From assembly GCA_002245135.1 (NCBI GenBank), contig NGBS01000009.1, positions 1 to 64,000 of the forward strand: DNA of 64,000 bases, read 5' to 3'. The stretch comes from Proteromonas lacertae. Lineage: Eukaryota. How positions within the stretch are numbered: position 1 is the first letter of the stretch; the number at the start of each line of letters is the position of its first letter. Positions 27,398-39,769 of this stretch are shown here, piece by piece. The translations under genes and the position numbers were made by a program. Under the pieces are notes generated by a model, which saw only the letters and a list, made by a program, of their open reading frames with translations, made no database searches and was not told the origin of the DNA.

Positions 27398-28022
27398 TTA
27401 ATTAGTCTTACAATGGTAAGAAGACTTTAAATACTTTAGACATTTAGAGCAACCATCAGATCCTTCAACATGAAACACTAATTGGTTGTAATATAACACG
27501 TAATCTTCAAGACTGACATACAAATCAAAATTTAGTAAGAAAAGAAACTCCTTTTCTAGATCATTCATTTCACAACCTGATATTCCACCAATTTGTGCAA
27601 AATATGCATTATTGAAAAACTGATCATCAGTATATTTGTTGGCAAGTCTTAAACTATTTGAAAAGTATATTACTATATATAAATTATACCTAGCTAATAG
27701 TAAACGATGTACATTATAAGAATTAACAATAAACTGATGACTTTGGATAATTCGATCGATATAAATCAACGAAATGAGGAAGCACTCATTCGAGCATTTC
27801 AAGTATTCTTTCAATCTATAATGGATAAACCCAAAATCTTACCTTGATAGATAATCTGCAACTCTTATACCTGGAATCTGTTGTGAATGAAATTTTGTGA
27901 TTCTATTGTCATAATGCATCTATTGTCCATATAAAAAAAAAGAATTATACTTCATCATTTTGATTAACAAGCTTGTCAACCACGCATGATATAACCATAA
28001 TTAATGCTTTTCCAGTCTTCAT
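27398..28022 (-). CDS. PHO80-like (P/U-type) cyclin; 3' end may extend via a further intron
   Basis: FHSQQIPGIRVADYL, CSNECFLISLIYIDRI, NVHRLLL, KYTDDQFFNNAYFAQIGGI, EMNDLEKEFLFLLNFDL. Confidence 0.88.
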
Positions 28023-28410
28023 TGTTGCACACAGTTTGCAGCAAATATAGTGTTACTTTCAAGATTAGGATAAAAAATACTTCTATAAACATAAATAAAA
28101 CTACTATTTTTATACCGATATGTGAATGAAATAAACCTTCAAAACGTCAGGTCTTTAACTCTTATAGATAATGAAAAATCCAACAGAAATGCTATTTTTA
28201 TTCTTCCATTAATTATACTAGAAAAGAGCTTGTTATTCAAATTTATTTCCTTCTTTAGAACGCTAGTATTAGCACAATCGAAATAAAAGTATCTTCTATA
28301 ATATTAATACTCATCAACGATGATTTCAGTGCAAAGAACCAAGCCAAATTAGAAACATCAGAAAATGAAAAATAAGTGATTATATGAACAAATGATGTGA
28401 TTATAACATT

Positions 28411-29014
28411 TTAATGATTATTACTTTCAATGGTTTTAGCAATTCTGTCTCTTTCTTCAATATTCTGCCTGTACATTATCCACTCCTTTAGTGCAGCACA
28501 ACCTTCCTTATGATAGAATTCTTGGGATGGAGTATTCCAGTCTAGTACTACAAATTGATATCTCACGCAGTTCATTAACTATTCCATTAGAAGTAGAAAA
28601 ATACTTTAGAAATATGAGAACAAGTTTCGAAAAGTGCTTTACCTAAACCTTGTTTTCTAAACTCTGGATAAACGATTAAATCTTCTAAATAAAAAGCTTT
28701 TCCTTCCCATGTAGAATAGATTGTGTAAAATAAGGCCATTCCAACAACTTTCTTATCACTTTCTCTCTCAGCTAAAATACATCCAAATAAGGGAAATTCA
28801 CCAAAACCATCTTTCAACAGAGTTTCTTCATTGATAAGAACAGCATCAGGAGCTTTTTCATATTCTGCAAGGCAATGAATTAATTTCATCATGTCACCTA
28901 CATCATTTTTGTAGCACTTCGAATATGGTATTCTTTGAAGTGTGTTGAGTAATCCTGTGGATATGGAGAAATCTAAAATCCAAATAAAATGCAACTATAT
29001 ACTTTGCTTGCCAT
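28411..29014 (-). CDS. GNAT diamine/thialysine N-acetyltransferase (SSAT family)
   Basis: LIHCLAEYEK, LLKDGFGEFPLF, GMALFYTIYSTWEGKAFYLEDLIV.PEFRKQGLG, VLDWNTPSQEFY. Confidence 0.88.
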
Positions 29015-29127
29015 TTAAAAATGAAATGCAATAAAAAGATTCGTTTCAAAATATTTAGTCCTTTCATAGTAATTCTTTAAAATAAAATCCTAACAAAAAT
29101 AAGTATAGATAAAAGAAAGAATGAAAA

Positions 29128-31016
29128 TTATTTCTTGTTAGAACTACCAAATTTTGCTGAATTTAACAAACTACGTAAAGATTCACTTAATGAACTTTTG
29201 AACAGGCTGTTTGTGGGGTTTAATTCTCTTATTATTACCATAACTACTACGAATAGATGAACTACTTGAATCACGAGAAACACTTGAAAATATATATCCT
29301 TTTGATGATAATTGAGTAATATTTGACATATTAGAACTAGTGGAATTAGATTCAATCATCATTGAATGGGTTCTTTTAAATGCATAACATGAATTACTAT
29401 CTGACCTTGTATAAGATAAAACACTACTAACATTATGTTGATTAGTTGAATGTGTCATATTAATAGGATGAATTGTATTTTTATTATGTTTAATATTACT
29501 ACATCTAATCATATTCAATATTTCTTTAGTTTTATCATCCATAATATCAACTACTTTATTCTTATTCTCTTCGGAAGTTATGATTCCTATTTAATCTCAC
29601 TCTTTCTTCCATTTCTTTTGCTTCTCGTTCTTCTCTTGCTGCTTCATCTTCAGGTGTCTCTTCAAATATGTTTGGAGAATATTCTGGAAATTTCATATCT
29701 TCATCATTATTTTCTTGATTTTTCTTTTTCATATATTTGACCAATGATCTTACAAATACTTCATCATCATCTAAACTTTCATCATAACCCTCATCCTCTG
29801 AATCACTTTCATCACTTTCATCTTCGTCCTTTAATATTGAACGAAGAATGCCATTTCTATCCATCCCTTTACGTTTCATTCTATGATAACCATAAACTAG
29901 TTGCCTTTTGATCCTTCTAATTACTGATTCATCTTTCTCATCTTGTAGTTTGTGTGTTAGTTCTTCTAAGGCTGAGATGTTTATATCTTCATTATTGTCG
30001 TTGGAGATTAGTCCTTCTATATCGATATCTTTATCATCAATATTTTCATCTCCACTATCATCATCACCACTTAATTCTGCTTCATTTTCTACATATTCTG
30101 ATTCTTTTATTTTTGGTTTTGTATTATTGTTATTATTATTATTATTCATTAATAATGTTTGAATGGTGGTTTGATCTTCACCATCACTATCAATTGCTTC
30201 ATTTTCTATTACATTGTTGTTATTATCTTCTTCATCACTAGACAATTCTTCAAATAATTCATTTTCTTCTTTATCTCCTTCATTTCCATCATTATCTTCT
30301 TCATTATTATTATCTCTTATTGTGATATTATTATCTTCCTGTGGTTGCGTTGGTTTTATTTTATGAACTATTTCATTATCTTCATCTATCTCATCTTCAT
30401 CATCATTGATTATTGTTTCATTTATTTCTTCTTTCTCTTCATTTTCTTCCTTTGTTTCTTCTACTTTTTCTTCATTCTCTTCATTCCCATCTTCTTCTTT
30501 TGTTTCTTCCTCCTCTTCTTCTTCATCATCACCACTATATTCTATTTCATCATCACTCTCTTCTTTTTCTACTTCATTTCCATCATTATCTCTCTCTATT
30601 ACCTCTGTATCACTACTATTAATATCAATCTCTTCTCTTTCACTTATTGCCTCCTTATCTTCAACAGTATTCTCATCATTTTCTTTTTCTTCTTCTTTCT
30701 CTGCTATATTCTCTTTAGTTTCTTCATCTTCATCTATACAACATAAATAAAATATGAATATACCAATAATCAACGGAAGTAATGCTTTCTTGGCATTTTC
30801 TTTCCATTCGCCGATTATTCGTCTTCTTCCTGTTTTAGGAACATAATCATGCTGTATAAACACTGTTGTATTATTTTCTTGTCTCTTCTTTTTGAGCATT
30901 TCAAGTAATCTAAAGATTATTGAGTATATATACCTATTACGCTTTAAAGCTATTGGGTCCGGTTTTATTAACTCAATTTCAACATGTTCTGATGGATGAA
31001 CATCCACTTCTGCCAT
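29128..31016 (-). CDS. Highly acidic protein with Mrc1/Claspin-like C-terminal motif
   Basis: EYVENEAELSGDDDSGDENIDDKDIDIEGLI resembles the MRC1-like motif; E2F-type site 20 bp upstream. Confidence 0.5.
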
Positions 31017-31035
31017 GTTTTTGTTTTAAAAGAAA

Positions 31036-31050
31036 AAAAGGCGCGAAAAT
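31036..31050. promoter_or_regulatory. E2F-type site AAAAGGCGCGAAAAT upstream of Claspin/Mrc1-like gene
   Basis: Exact reverse complement of 27191-27205. Confidence 0.6.
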
Positions 31051-31593
31051 GAGATTAAGTGAATGAGAATGTAATTTTAAATTGTGATATGAAATATGAA
31101 TTATTGAGCATGTTTTTAATACATCTGTGATAAAAGTGAATGAAATAAGTGAAATTCTTTGATTTATTAGTAAAACAGATAATACTTTAAAAAGTATTTA
31201 AAATCGTGACATTACTTGATTGAAACTATTTCTGATCAAAAACCAATTCTATTTCACGAAAATGAAAAACAAAATAGTTCAAGTTTTGGCTTGCCAACGG
31301 ATTTGTTTTAAAAGCAAGTTTTTATAGGAATAAGGTATTTTATCGGTATAATATTCTCTTTTTTCTTATTAAATCTACTGAAAGCATACTGTAATATTGG
31401 TATCGTAGGCTAAAGATTTTTAATTTAGCTAATATTCGATATTTATATCTACTATGGCTTTAATATACATTTTATATTATCTATTTATTTTATTAAACTG
31501 AATAGGAAGAATATAAGTCTATTTTCTCTCTCAAAATTCAATAAATATAGCAGTATATATTATTGTATATAGATAATACTTATAAGTGATTAA

Positions 31594-32767
31594 ATGAGAA
31601 TATATTACATTACTTTTTATAATTTTATCAATATACGGAAGTCAATGTCCAAATCTTTGTAGTGGACATGGCACATGTAATTCCAATGGTATGTGTAATT
31701 GCTTATCCTCAATGGATGGAAGGTGATTGCTCACAAAGTATACCTATTAATCAATAATTATTTCTCTAGGAACTTGTCCATATGGTGTTAGGAGTAGCTG
31801 ATCCAAATGGTCATGAATCAAAACACGATTTAGAATGTAGTGGTCAAGGTATCTGTGATAGAAGTACAGGATCTTGTCAATGCTTCAATGGTTTTGGAGG
31901 TTCATCCTGTGAGAGAGTGCTATGTCCAAATGATTGTAACGGACATGGTGTTTGTACTCAAGCCAATTATTTGAGTATTGATACAGACACTTATTATTAT
32001 GATCAATATATTAATAGTGATAGAATTGCTAAAGGTAATGATTTTAGTGAAAAATGGGATGGGAATGTGATATATACATGTTTATGTGATCCAGAATATA
32101 CTGGATTTGATTGTGCACAGAAGAAATGTAAGTTGGGATATCAACAGACGAGTTATTGTGATTCTCCATCACAGTATGTTCAAGAAATACTAATTGTAGG
32201 TAAAACTGTTACAGGAGGACAAAATCTAATTAGTGGATGTTTGGCTTATGCGAAATTATACTGATTCATTTGGTAGATCTTGGATTACTAGACCATTTAA
32301 TATATTCAAAGAAACTAATAAACCAACAGGTGATAAAATTACATACGATAATAAATGTGAATGATAAATCAAAATTCCCTTCATTTAAAGAAGCATTAGA
32401 ATCATTACCTGCTGGAGTTATTGATATTGAAAGTATTGATTTTAAACCTTTTAAAACTGGAGATTCAGCATTATCATTACAAATTAAATATGGAAATCAA
32501 CAAACTGGAAAACAAAATGCAATTCAAATAATACAAAACTCAGATTTTAACAAAGGTGATGGTTTTGATGATTCAAATCTTCCTCATGGTATTGTTGAAT
32601 TAAAAGATAATTATCCACTTGATGCAACTATTTTATACCAAGAAACTACATATATCCCACCAGTTGAATGTGCGAATAATGGTTATTGTAATCGTCAATC
32701 AGGTGTGTGTGAATGTTTTGATGGATTTTGGGGGGATGCATGTACAGAGATTGTCCCAGTCATGTAA
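31594..32767 (+). CDS. Tubular mastigoneme (Ocm1/Sig1/Mas-like) EGF-repeat protein, paralog 1 (one intron, frameshifts)
   Basis: Signal peptide, CPNLCSGHGTC, LECSGQGICDRSTGSCQCF.G..GSSC, CPNDCNGHGVC, WD...YTCLCDPEYTGFDC, terminal ECANNGYCNRQSGVCECFDGFWGDAC. Confidence 0.8.
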
Positions 32768-33122
32768 TTTATTTTATTATAATTGTATTAGAATGTGTTT
32801 ATTTTTAACATTTCAAAAATAGGTTAATGAAAAAATACCCCACAAAATTTTGATCAAGCCAAAACTTGCCAACGGATTTCTTTCATTTTTTGATTTTAGC
32901 ACGAAATTGAGTATATTATAATATAAAATCCTCTCTTTACTTTTACTGCACTAAATTCTATTGATAGAGCTTATAATATCCTTGTTTATTCACTTACATT
33001 CATTAATCTCGTTGTTATAACTATTTATATCTATTAATTATTCTCAATATTATTTAAATCTATTAATATATGCTTTATAATGATCAACCATTTATTATCT
33101 ATTTTTTAGATTAATAGTAGAA

Positions 33123-34355
33123 ATGAAATATATACAAATATTTTTATTGATATTAGCTGCTTATGGAGCTCAATGTCCAAATCTTTGTAGTAGTCATGGT
33201 AGTTGTAATGCAAATGGTTTGTGTAATTGTTATCCAGGATGGACAGAAGGTGATTGTTCTGCAAGAACATGTCCATATGGTGAAAGAATTGCAGATCCAG
33301 ATGGACACAATGAAGAGAATTACTTAGAATGCAGTGGTCAAGGACATTGCAATAGAGTATCAGGTGAATGTGAATGTTACCCAGGTTATGCAGGTTCGGC
33401 TTGTCACAGAACAGAATGTGTAAATCAATGCAGTGGTCATGGTGTTTGTACAAAAGTTGGTTATTTAGGAATTGAATATAATACATATTTTGATCCATAT
33501 TATTCTGATGAGAATAATAGATTGAGTGATTATAATAGTTGGGATAAAGAGAGTATGTATACTTGTGTTTGTGATAAAGAATATACTGGTTATGATTGTT
33601 CACAGAGAAAATGTGCAACTGGTTATAAAGAAACTAGTGAGTGTGATGTTTCTTCTATTTATACACAAACAATTGCATTATCAAAAAGAAATACTGAATT
33701 GGATGGTTGTTTAGCTTATGCAGAATATACAGATACATTTAATAGAACTTGGTATACAAGACCATTTAATATATTTAAAGATATGACAAATGATGAATAT
33801 ACATCATTAAACAATATTGCAAATAGGAAAGTTAAGTGTGGTAGATATACTCCTCAATTTCCATCATTATTAGAAGCATTGAAAACTTTACCATCAGGAA
33901 CAATTGATGTAACTGAAGTTAGTTTTGAAGTAAGTAGTACAAATGTATTTATTCATATTACATATGGAACTCAACAAACAGGAAGACAACAACCAATTAG
34001 AATTATTACAGCAGAAGATGAACCATTAGCATCAGCTTTAGCTGGAGATGCACAATATTGTGCAAATGTTCCACAAGTCAAACCAATTCAAGAATATAAA
34101 AGTGGTAATTCTGATACTTATAAAGATTTAATTGCAAAATACAAATGTCCTGGTAAAAATGGTAATCCTGACAAATGTAAAGCTGAAGATTTTAAAGCTA
34201 ATTATCTTCATGCCTATGCACTTCCAGTGAAAACAACATATGTTCCACCATTAGAATGTGCCAATAATGGATTATGTGATAGAACATCAGGTTTATGTCA
34301 ATGTTTTGAAGGATATTATGGTTTAGCATGTACTGAAGCTACTCCAGTAGTTTAA
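33123..34355 (+). CDS. Tubular mastigoneme (Ocm1/Sig1/Mas-like) EGF-repeat protein, paralog 2 (intronless)
   Basis: Same architecture: N-terminal EGF cluster, YTDTFNRTWYTRPF motif, single C-terminal EGF. Confidence 0.85.
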   Translation: MKYIQIFLLILAAYGAQCPNLCSSHGSCNANGLCNCYPGWTEGDCSARTCPYGERIADPDGHNEENYLECSGQGHCNRVSGECECYPGYAGSACHRTECVNQCSGHGVCTKVGYLGIEYNTYFDPYYSDENNRLSDYNSWDKESMYTCVCDKEYTGYDCSQRKCATGYKETSECDVSSIYTQTIALSKRNTELDGCLAYAEYTDTFNRTWYTRPFNIFKDMTNDEYTSLNNIANRKVKCGRYTPQFPSLLEALKTLPSGTIDVTEVSFEVSSTNVFIHITYGTQQTGRQQPIRIITAEDEPLASALAGDAQYCANVPQVKPIQEYKSGNSDTYKDLIAKYKCPGKNGNPDKCKAEDFKANYLHAYALPVKTTYVPPLECANNGLCDRTSGLCQCFEGYYGLACTEATPVV

Positions 34356-34444
34356 TTTCTATATTTCAATACTTATTATATATTATTATAAATTATTTGA
34401 ATTGTTGTTTTAGTTTTTAATCAAATAATGAAATGAATAAATAA

Positions 34445-35020
34445 TTAACGATTAATAAAATCTTTCTCTTTATCATATGTTACTTCTAATACATCTTCTG
34501 GTAATGTATCTAATGGACCAACTTTAGAAGGTCTTGGACTACTTCTTCTCAATACTTCTGGTGGTTTTGGAACAATTTTACCAGATATCTTTGATACTCT
34601 TACATTTTCCCCATCTATTTTCTCTATTTTAACTTTTGTAGGTTGACTATAAAAAATATTAAATTCATTATTATACTGTGTCTCTGGATCAAGTAATGCT
34701 ACATTTGAATAACTAATTGGCGATTCCATTTCTATTTTACTTCCTACAAGCGATTCGTCACGTTTTATATGTCTTGTATGCTATTTCAATCAGTATATAA
34801 AAAATACAATATTAACACCTTCTACAACCAACTGTTGCTTTTTTCTTAATACCTGAACCACTTTGCCTTGCTTACCTTTTTCTTTCCCACTTATAACTTG
34901 TACCTAACATACTAATCTTAAAAACTATACTGTATCACCTTTTACTATTTTCCATTGCTTTAATGGTTCTGGATATTTTATGTTCCTCATCCTTTTCATG
35001 TGATTTAAGAATCGCTGCAT
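34445..35020 (-). CDS. MRPL24: Mitochondrial ribosomal protein uL24
   Basis: WKIVKGDTVQVISGKEKGKQGKV, VVEGVN, ESPISYSNVALLDP, VRVSKISGKIVPKP. Confidence 0.9.
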
Positions 35021-35089
35021 TGCAAAAATTGAAATTTATTTTTTTATTGTCAAATCAAAATCAAGCTTTTTGTTGTTTGTTTTGTGAAT

Positions 35090-36325
35090 ATGTCTTTGAT
35101 TTTATATGTTTTTATTATTAATAACATGTGCATTAGCACAATATGATGATCTTAAAATGACTGTATGATTATTGAATTACAATTTAGGATAATGAGAAAA
35201 TAAACATAATGATAGAACAATTTAATCCAGTTTATTTAACACCTAGCAATTATACCGCATATACTACAGAAGATCCAAGATCTTATAGCATTTTTGTTCT
35301 ATATACAACATATACAAGAAGACAGGAATGTGTAGTATGCAGACAAGCTTTAAGCAATTTTTATCGTATAATTTGGACTTATCAACATTATTATCCATCC
35401 TCTCGTGAATTATTCTTTGCTTATGCTAATTATGAAGAATTAGAAGAAACTTGTGTGAAAGTATTATATTTATATATATCTATCTATTAGCTTGGTATAA
35501 CTACCTTGCCTAGAGTTGCTTATTTCCCTCCATCATCTTCATTTCCTGATTCAATAACCAATATGACAGATGTTATATTCAAAAATAATTCAATCATTAA
35601 TCCTTACACAAGTGATGCTTTACTATGGTATTTTAATAAAATGACTGGTTTAGGAGTATATATATAATATATATATTGTTATAAACAGTTGAAGTTCTTT
35701 GAAGATCCTGAGAATAATTGGGCAATAGGAATAATTTGTGCAATTGGATTTGGTATTTATACGATTTGGCTTGAAAGTTATGGTGAAACATTTTATGAGA
35801 TGTTTATTAATAAATATATGCTTAGAAATATATGTTTAATGATATATATGTTGAGTATAAGTGGATTTATTTATTGTGTTTTAAGACATAGTAAATTGTA
35901 TGAAATTATATCTTCTTTTTAATATTCAATTATAATCATTTATATTCTTTAATTTAACATTTGTTTTACAATCATAAAGATCAAGAATATCTGAATAGAA
36001 TAGAAATGTTTAGTAGATCAAAGAGTTCACAAACAGTATTAGAAGGTGTTACAATTGCTATTATCTGTATATTCTGTATGATTTTCATGGTTTCTTTGTT
36101 AAAGTATTATTGTAATGATCATTTATTTTTATTAGAAATAAGAGAAAACTGACTAAATCAAAGAAAATGATGAATGTTATGAATGTGTTTTTCTTGTGTT
36201 GTATTTATGGTTTGTTGTTAGAATTATATGATGATTATCTTTTTAAAGACACTTATTTATCAATTCGTATGAGTAATCAATTCTATTTCTTCAAGAAGTT
36301 TTTAAGGAAATATATTAATTTTTAG
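35090..36325 (+). CDS. OST3/OST6 (MAGT1/TUSC3-like) oligosaccharyltransferase subunit
   Basis: Signal peptide, thioredoxin-like PRSYSIFVLYT...CVVC...ELFFA, several TMs, SGFIYCVLR, SQTVLEG. Confidence 0.75.
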
Positions 36326-36394
36326 TTGAGAATAATTATAATTGGATTTTTTATTTGTATAAAAAACAAAAATAAATCATATATCATAAATAAT

Positions 36395-38092
36395 TTATAA
36401 TGAATAAACTTCATTTATATCTTTTCCTGATTTTGCTGCACTGTCTTTCATTATTTTATATTGTTCTTTCAAATCATTGGCTGTTCTTTGTAAATTAAAA
36501 CTATAAGTAGCTAATATTTCATTCCAATTATTCTCTCCAAACTGTTTTACACCTTCCAATAGAAATATTTTCTCTTTTATATCAAATGGTTTGCCTTTTC
36601 TTCTTCTTTTGTTTTCTTTTTCTTTTTATATTTGCTAAATGTAAATGCATCATCACTTGTATTTTCAGTTCCTTCTGATACACCTCCTAATATTTCATCT
36701 ATATCAACATTTTCAACACTATTCTTTCTTTTATTACTAGTTGATAAATTTGCTGTCGTTGAAGCGACAGTTTTATAATTCATTCCTTTCATTTCAAAAT
36801 CTTCATCATCATCTTCAATATCATTATCTTTTTTAGATGATTTCTTACTTGTTTTATTATTAGTATTGTTATTAAAATCATCAAGAGTATCTTCATCTTC
36901 AGTTTCTGGATTGGATGTTGTAGTTGATGAATCTACTTCAATATTATTATTAATTTCTTCCTCCTCTACCTCTTCTTCTTCTTCTTCCTCTTCAACTTCT
37001 ACTTTTACTTCCACTTTTGTTTTTGGTCTTCCTCTTTTTCTTTTTACTGGAGGATTTGTTACTGGTTGAACATCTGAATCAATTGGAATTTGACCAACCA
37101 TAATTGAAGTTGGCGTTGCTGATTTTCCATTAACATTTTTTCTCTAACAAATAAATAATAATGATATTACAATATACTCTTCTTCTCCTTCTTATAACTT
37201 TAACTTCTCCATTTTCATTTGTATTGGTGTTTGTATTATTATTTGATCTAAATATCTCACTCCTTCTATTATATCCATATTCATTAGATATTGCTTCATC
37301 AAATCTATCATATTGATCAAATATCTATAATAATTATAAAATATATAATTAACAATTATACAATTTCTAATGTCGTTGGTTGTGCAAATACACTCTCTCT
37401 CACTTGTAATGAGAATTCCTTCAATTTCTCTTTAAAATAATTATAATTATATATTTCTCTCAATTGGTTAAATTCCATTACATCTACAGCTGGTAAATTC
37501 TCTTCATTTAATTTTATTATTGATAATAATTGATCTTTTATCACCTGTTCTTTATATCCAATATTTCCTAAGTTACTATTACCATTAAAATAGTGATATA
37601 TTAATTGTTGATATTTCACTATTTTATCAGAAGTTGGCTCCGGCATTAAACAGTACAACTATTACATTATATATAATCATAATATTAATATATACGCATG
37701 CTTGTATTTTATATAGAAAAGTAACTGTGTTATACTCTGTCATTACAAAAGAATCATAACTTATCAACTGCGGTATTTCTGTGTCAAAAAATTGAATGTC
37801 ACTTTCAATATCTTCAAATCCTGGATTTTGCACCTATCATGTGTTGATAGACAATAAAAATAATACAATTGTTTTAAGCCAGTAATATATTAAATAGGGA
37901 GATCTAAATTGTTCTTCAGAATAATTTCGGAATATATCTGCATGCAAATAAATATTAAATACTTTCTAATATTGATGATTGTTCTTGTGACAATAAGAAT
38001 TCAACAATCCATCTCATGATTTCCAAATTCTTACCTGTTATACAAACAGGATATGAATAATTATCTCCTGAAATATCATCAATATCCGACAT
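36395..38092 (-). CDS. Telomere-repeat-binding-factor-like protein: helical N-terminus, AT-hook, C-terminal single Myb (telobox-like)
   Basis: KRKRGRPK AT-hook; after a frameshift near 36580, EKIFLLEGVKQFGENNWNEILATYSFNLQRTANDLKEQY. Confidence 0.65.
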
Positions 38093-38197
38093 AAAAGGTA
38101 AAATATATTATTAGAGATTTGAGGTAATCAAGCCTATATTGAATAAAAATCCGTTTTTCTTTTATTTATTGTTTTAAAATAAAACTAACAGAATATA

Positions 38198-39589
38198 ATG
38201 GTATGAATTAGAAATTTCATATAAAATATAGAGTAGCAAAACAGCTCAAAGTCGTATAACGGGAAGAATCGCTGAGCTAAAAAAAGAATTAGGTGTATAG
38301 TTAGTTTATTCTATGTAATAATAGCACACTCCTCTCCAATCACCTGAAGGCAAACCATACATGAGAATGTCTCCAAGAACAGCAGCATTAATACAAAATA
38401 ACGACAATCCAGAATGGAGTGAGAAAGAAAAAGAGTTTGTACAAAAAATAGAACGATTAGAAGCAGATTTACAAAGAAGACAAGAGAATTATGTTCAACA
38501 AAAAAGAATGATGCAAAACGAAATAGCAGAATTACAAGAAGAGTTAAGAGCAATACGTGAAGCTAATGTATCTCAGTTTGGAGAGCCAGAACAATTAAAA
38601 GAAATAAGAGTATTACATGGACAAGTATTAGAAAACATTGAAAAAGTTCAAGGAAGAACAGTGAAGATATTGAAAGAACAAGAAAAGGATTTATTAAGAG
38701 CATTTAGAGCTAGATTGTTTGATGTTCAAGCTGAATTGGTAAAAGAGAAGAATAAAAGTGATGAAGGTTCTTCTCAGTGGATAGAGAAGGTTAGACAGTT
38801 AGAAAAAGAATTAGAATGGACTGAGAGAAATGGCTGATAGATTAGAAAGAGTCAATCAAGGCTTAACTAAAGATAATGCAAGATTAGCTACCAGATGTAA
38901 AACACAGGAAGATGATCGTGAATTATTAGGTTAAGAGATTAGTTACAGCAAAGAAAGAGGCAGCTCGATTTGAACAGGAGTTAGAAAAAGTAAAGAATGA
39001 ATTAGACACAGAGAAAGCAAAAAGACCCTATACAGCATCTAGCTATAACGATGGTTTTAATAATTCAATGAATTCAGCAATGATGGGAACAGCTGGAGCA
39101 AACGGTGGAAACGGTGAAGCTCCCAATGATGCTACTATTAATTATATGGCAGAAGCTAAATACAAATCAGTAATAAAGAGATTAAAGAGGTTATTAGAAC
39201 AGGAAAGAAGAAATGTAAGAACATTGAAACAACAATATGCTGATGAATTGCAAACAAGAACAGAGTTAGAAATATTTTTAAGAAAATGTATTGATGATGT
39301 AAAGAATGAAATAGCAGAGAGAAGAGGTGAATTGTTGGAATCTAAAGGTATTTATAGAACTCCATTGAATACTGATGGATCTGTATTGTCTCCTGATATA
39401 AAATTGGCAGATTTTACGCCAGGTGATAGACAGAGAGTGATGGAGTTGTTATTATCGCAAGAAAGAGTTATTGGTATATTATATGATAAAGTCTTTCCCC
39501 AAGATTTTCCACAAGAAAAACCAAGTGGATATGATAGTAGAGGAAGTGTTGAATTGCCTGATATTCATTTAAGACCAGATTCACATTAA
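38198..39589 (+). CDS. Conserved ciliary-type coiled-coil protein (CFAP157/BBOF1-like family)
   Basis: EQEKDLLRAFRARL, ELEIFLRKCIDDVKNEIAERR, DFTPGDRQRVMELLLSQERVIGILYDKVFP; first exon is the ATG alone. Confidence 0.55.
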
Positions 39590-39769
39590 CTTTTGTTGTT
39601 TATACTTTAATTCTAAAATTATTTATTATTTATCTTCTTTGTGTCAGTCATTTAATAAAGAAAAATGAAAGAGATGATCGAGCCAAGTTTATTGTTCGTT
39701 TTCTTTTTCTGATTTTTCATTTTTTATATCATCTATTATTAATAAATAGTTGATAAACAATATTTATAA

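Noticed and set aside
29908..30750. Plus-strand ORFs rich in F/S/L/H (also 36866-37069, 53573-54263 minus, 59722-60395)
   Set aside because: Antisense shadows of low-complexity acidic or Gly-rich coding regions.
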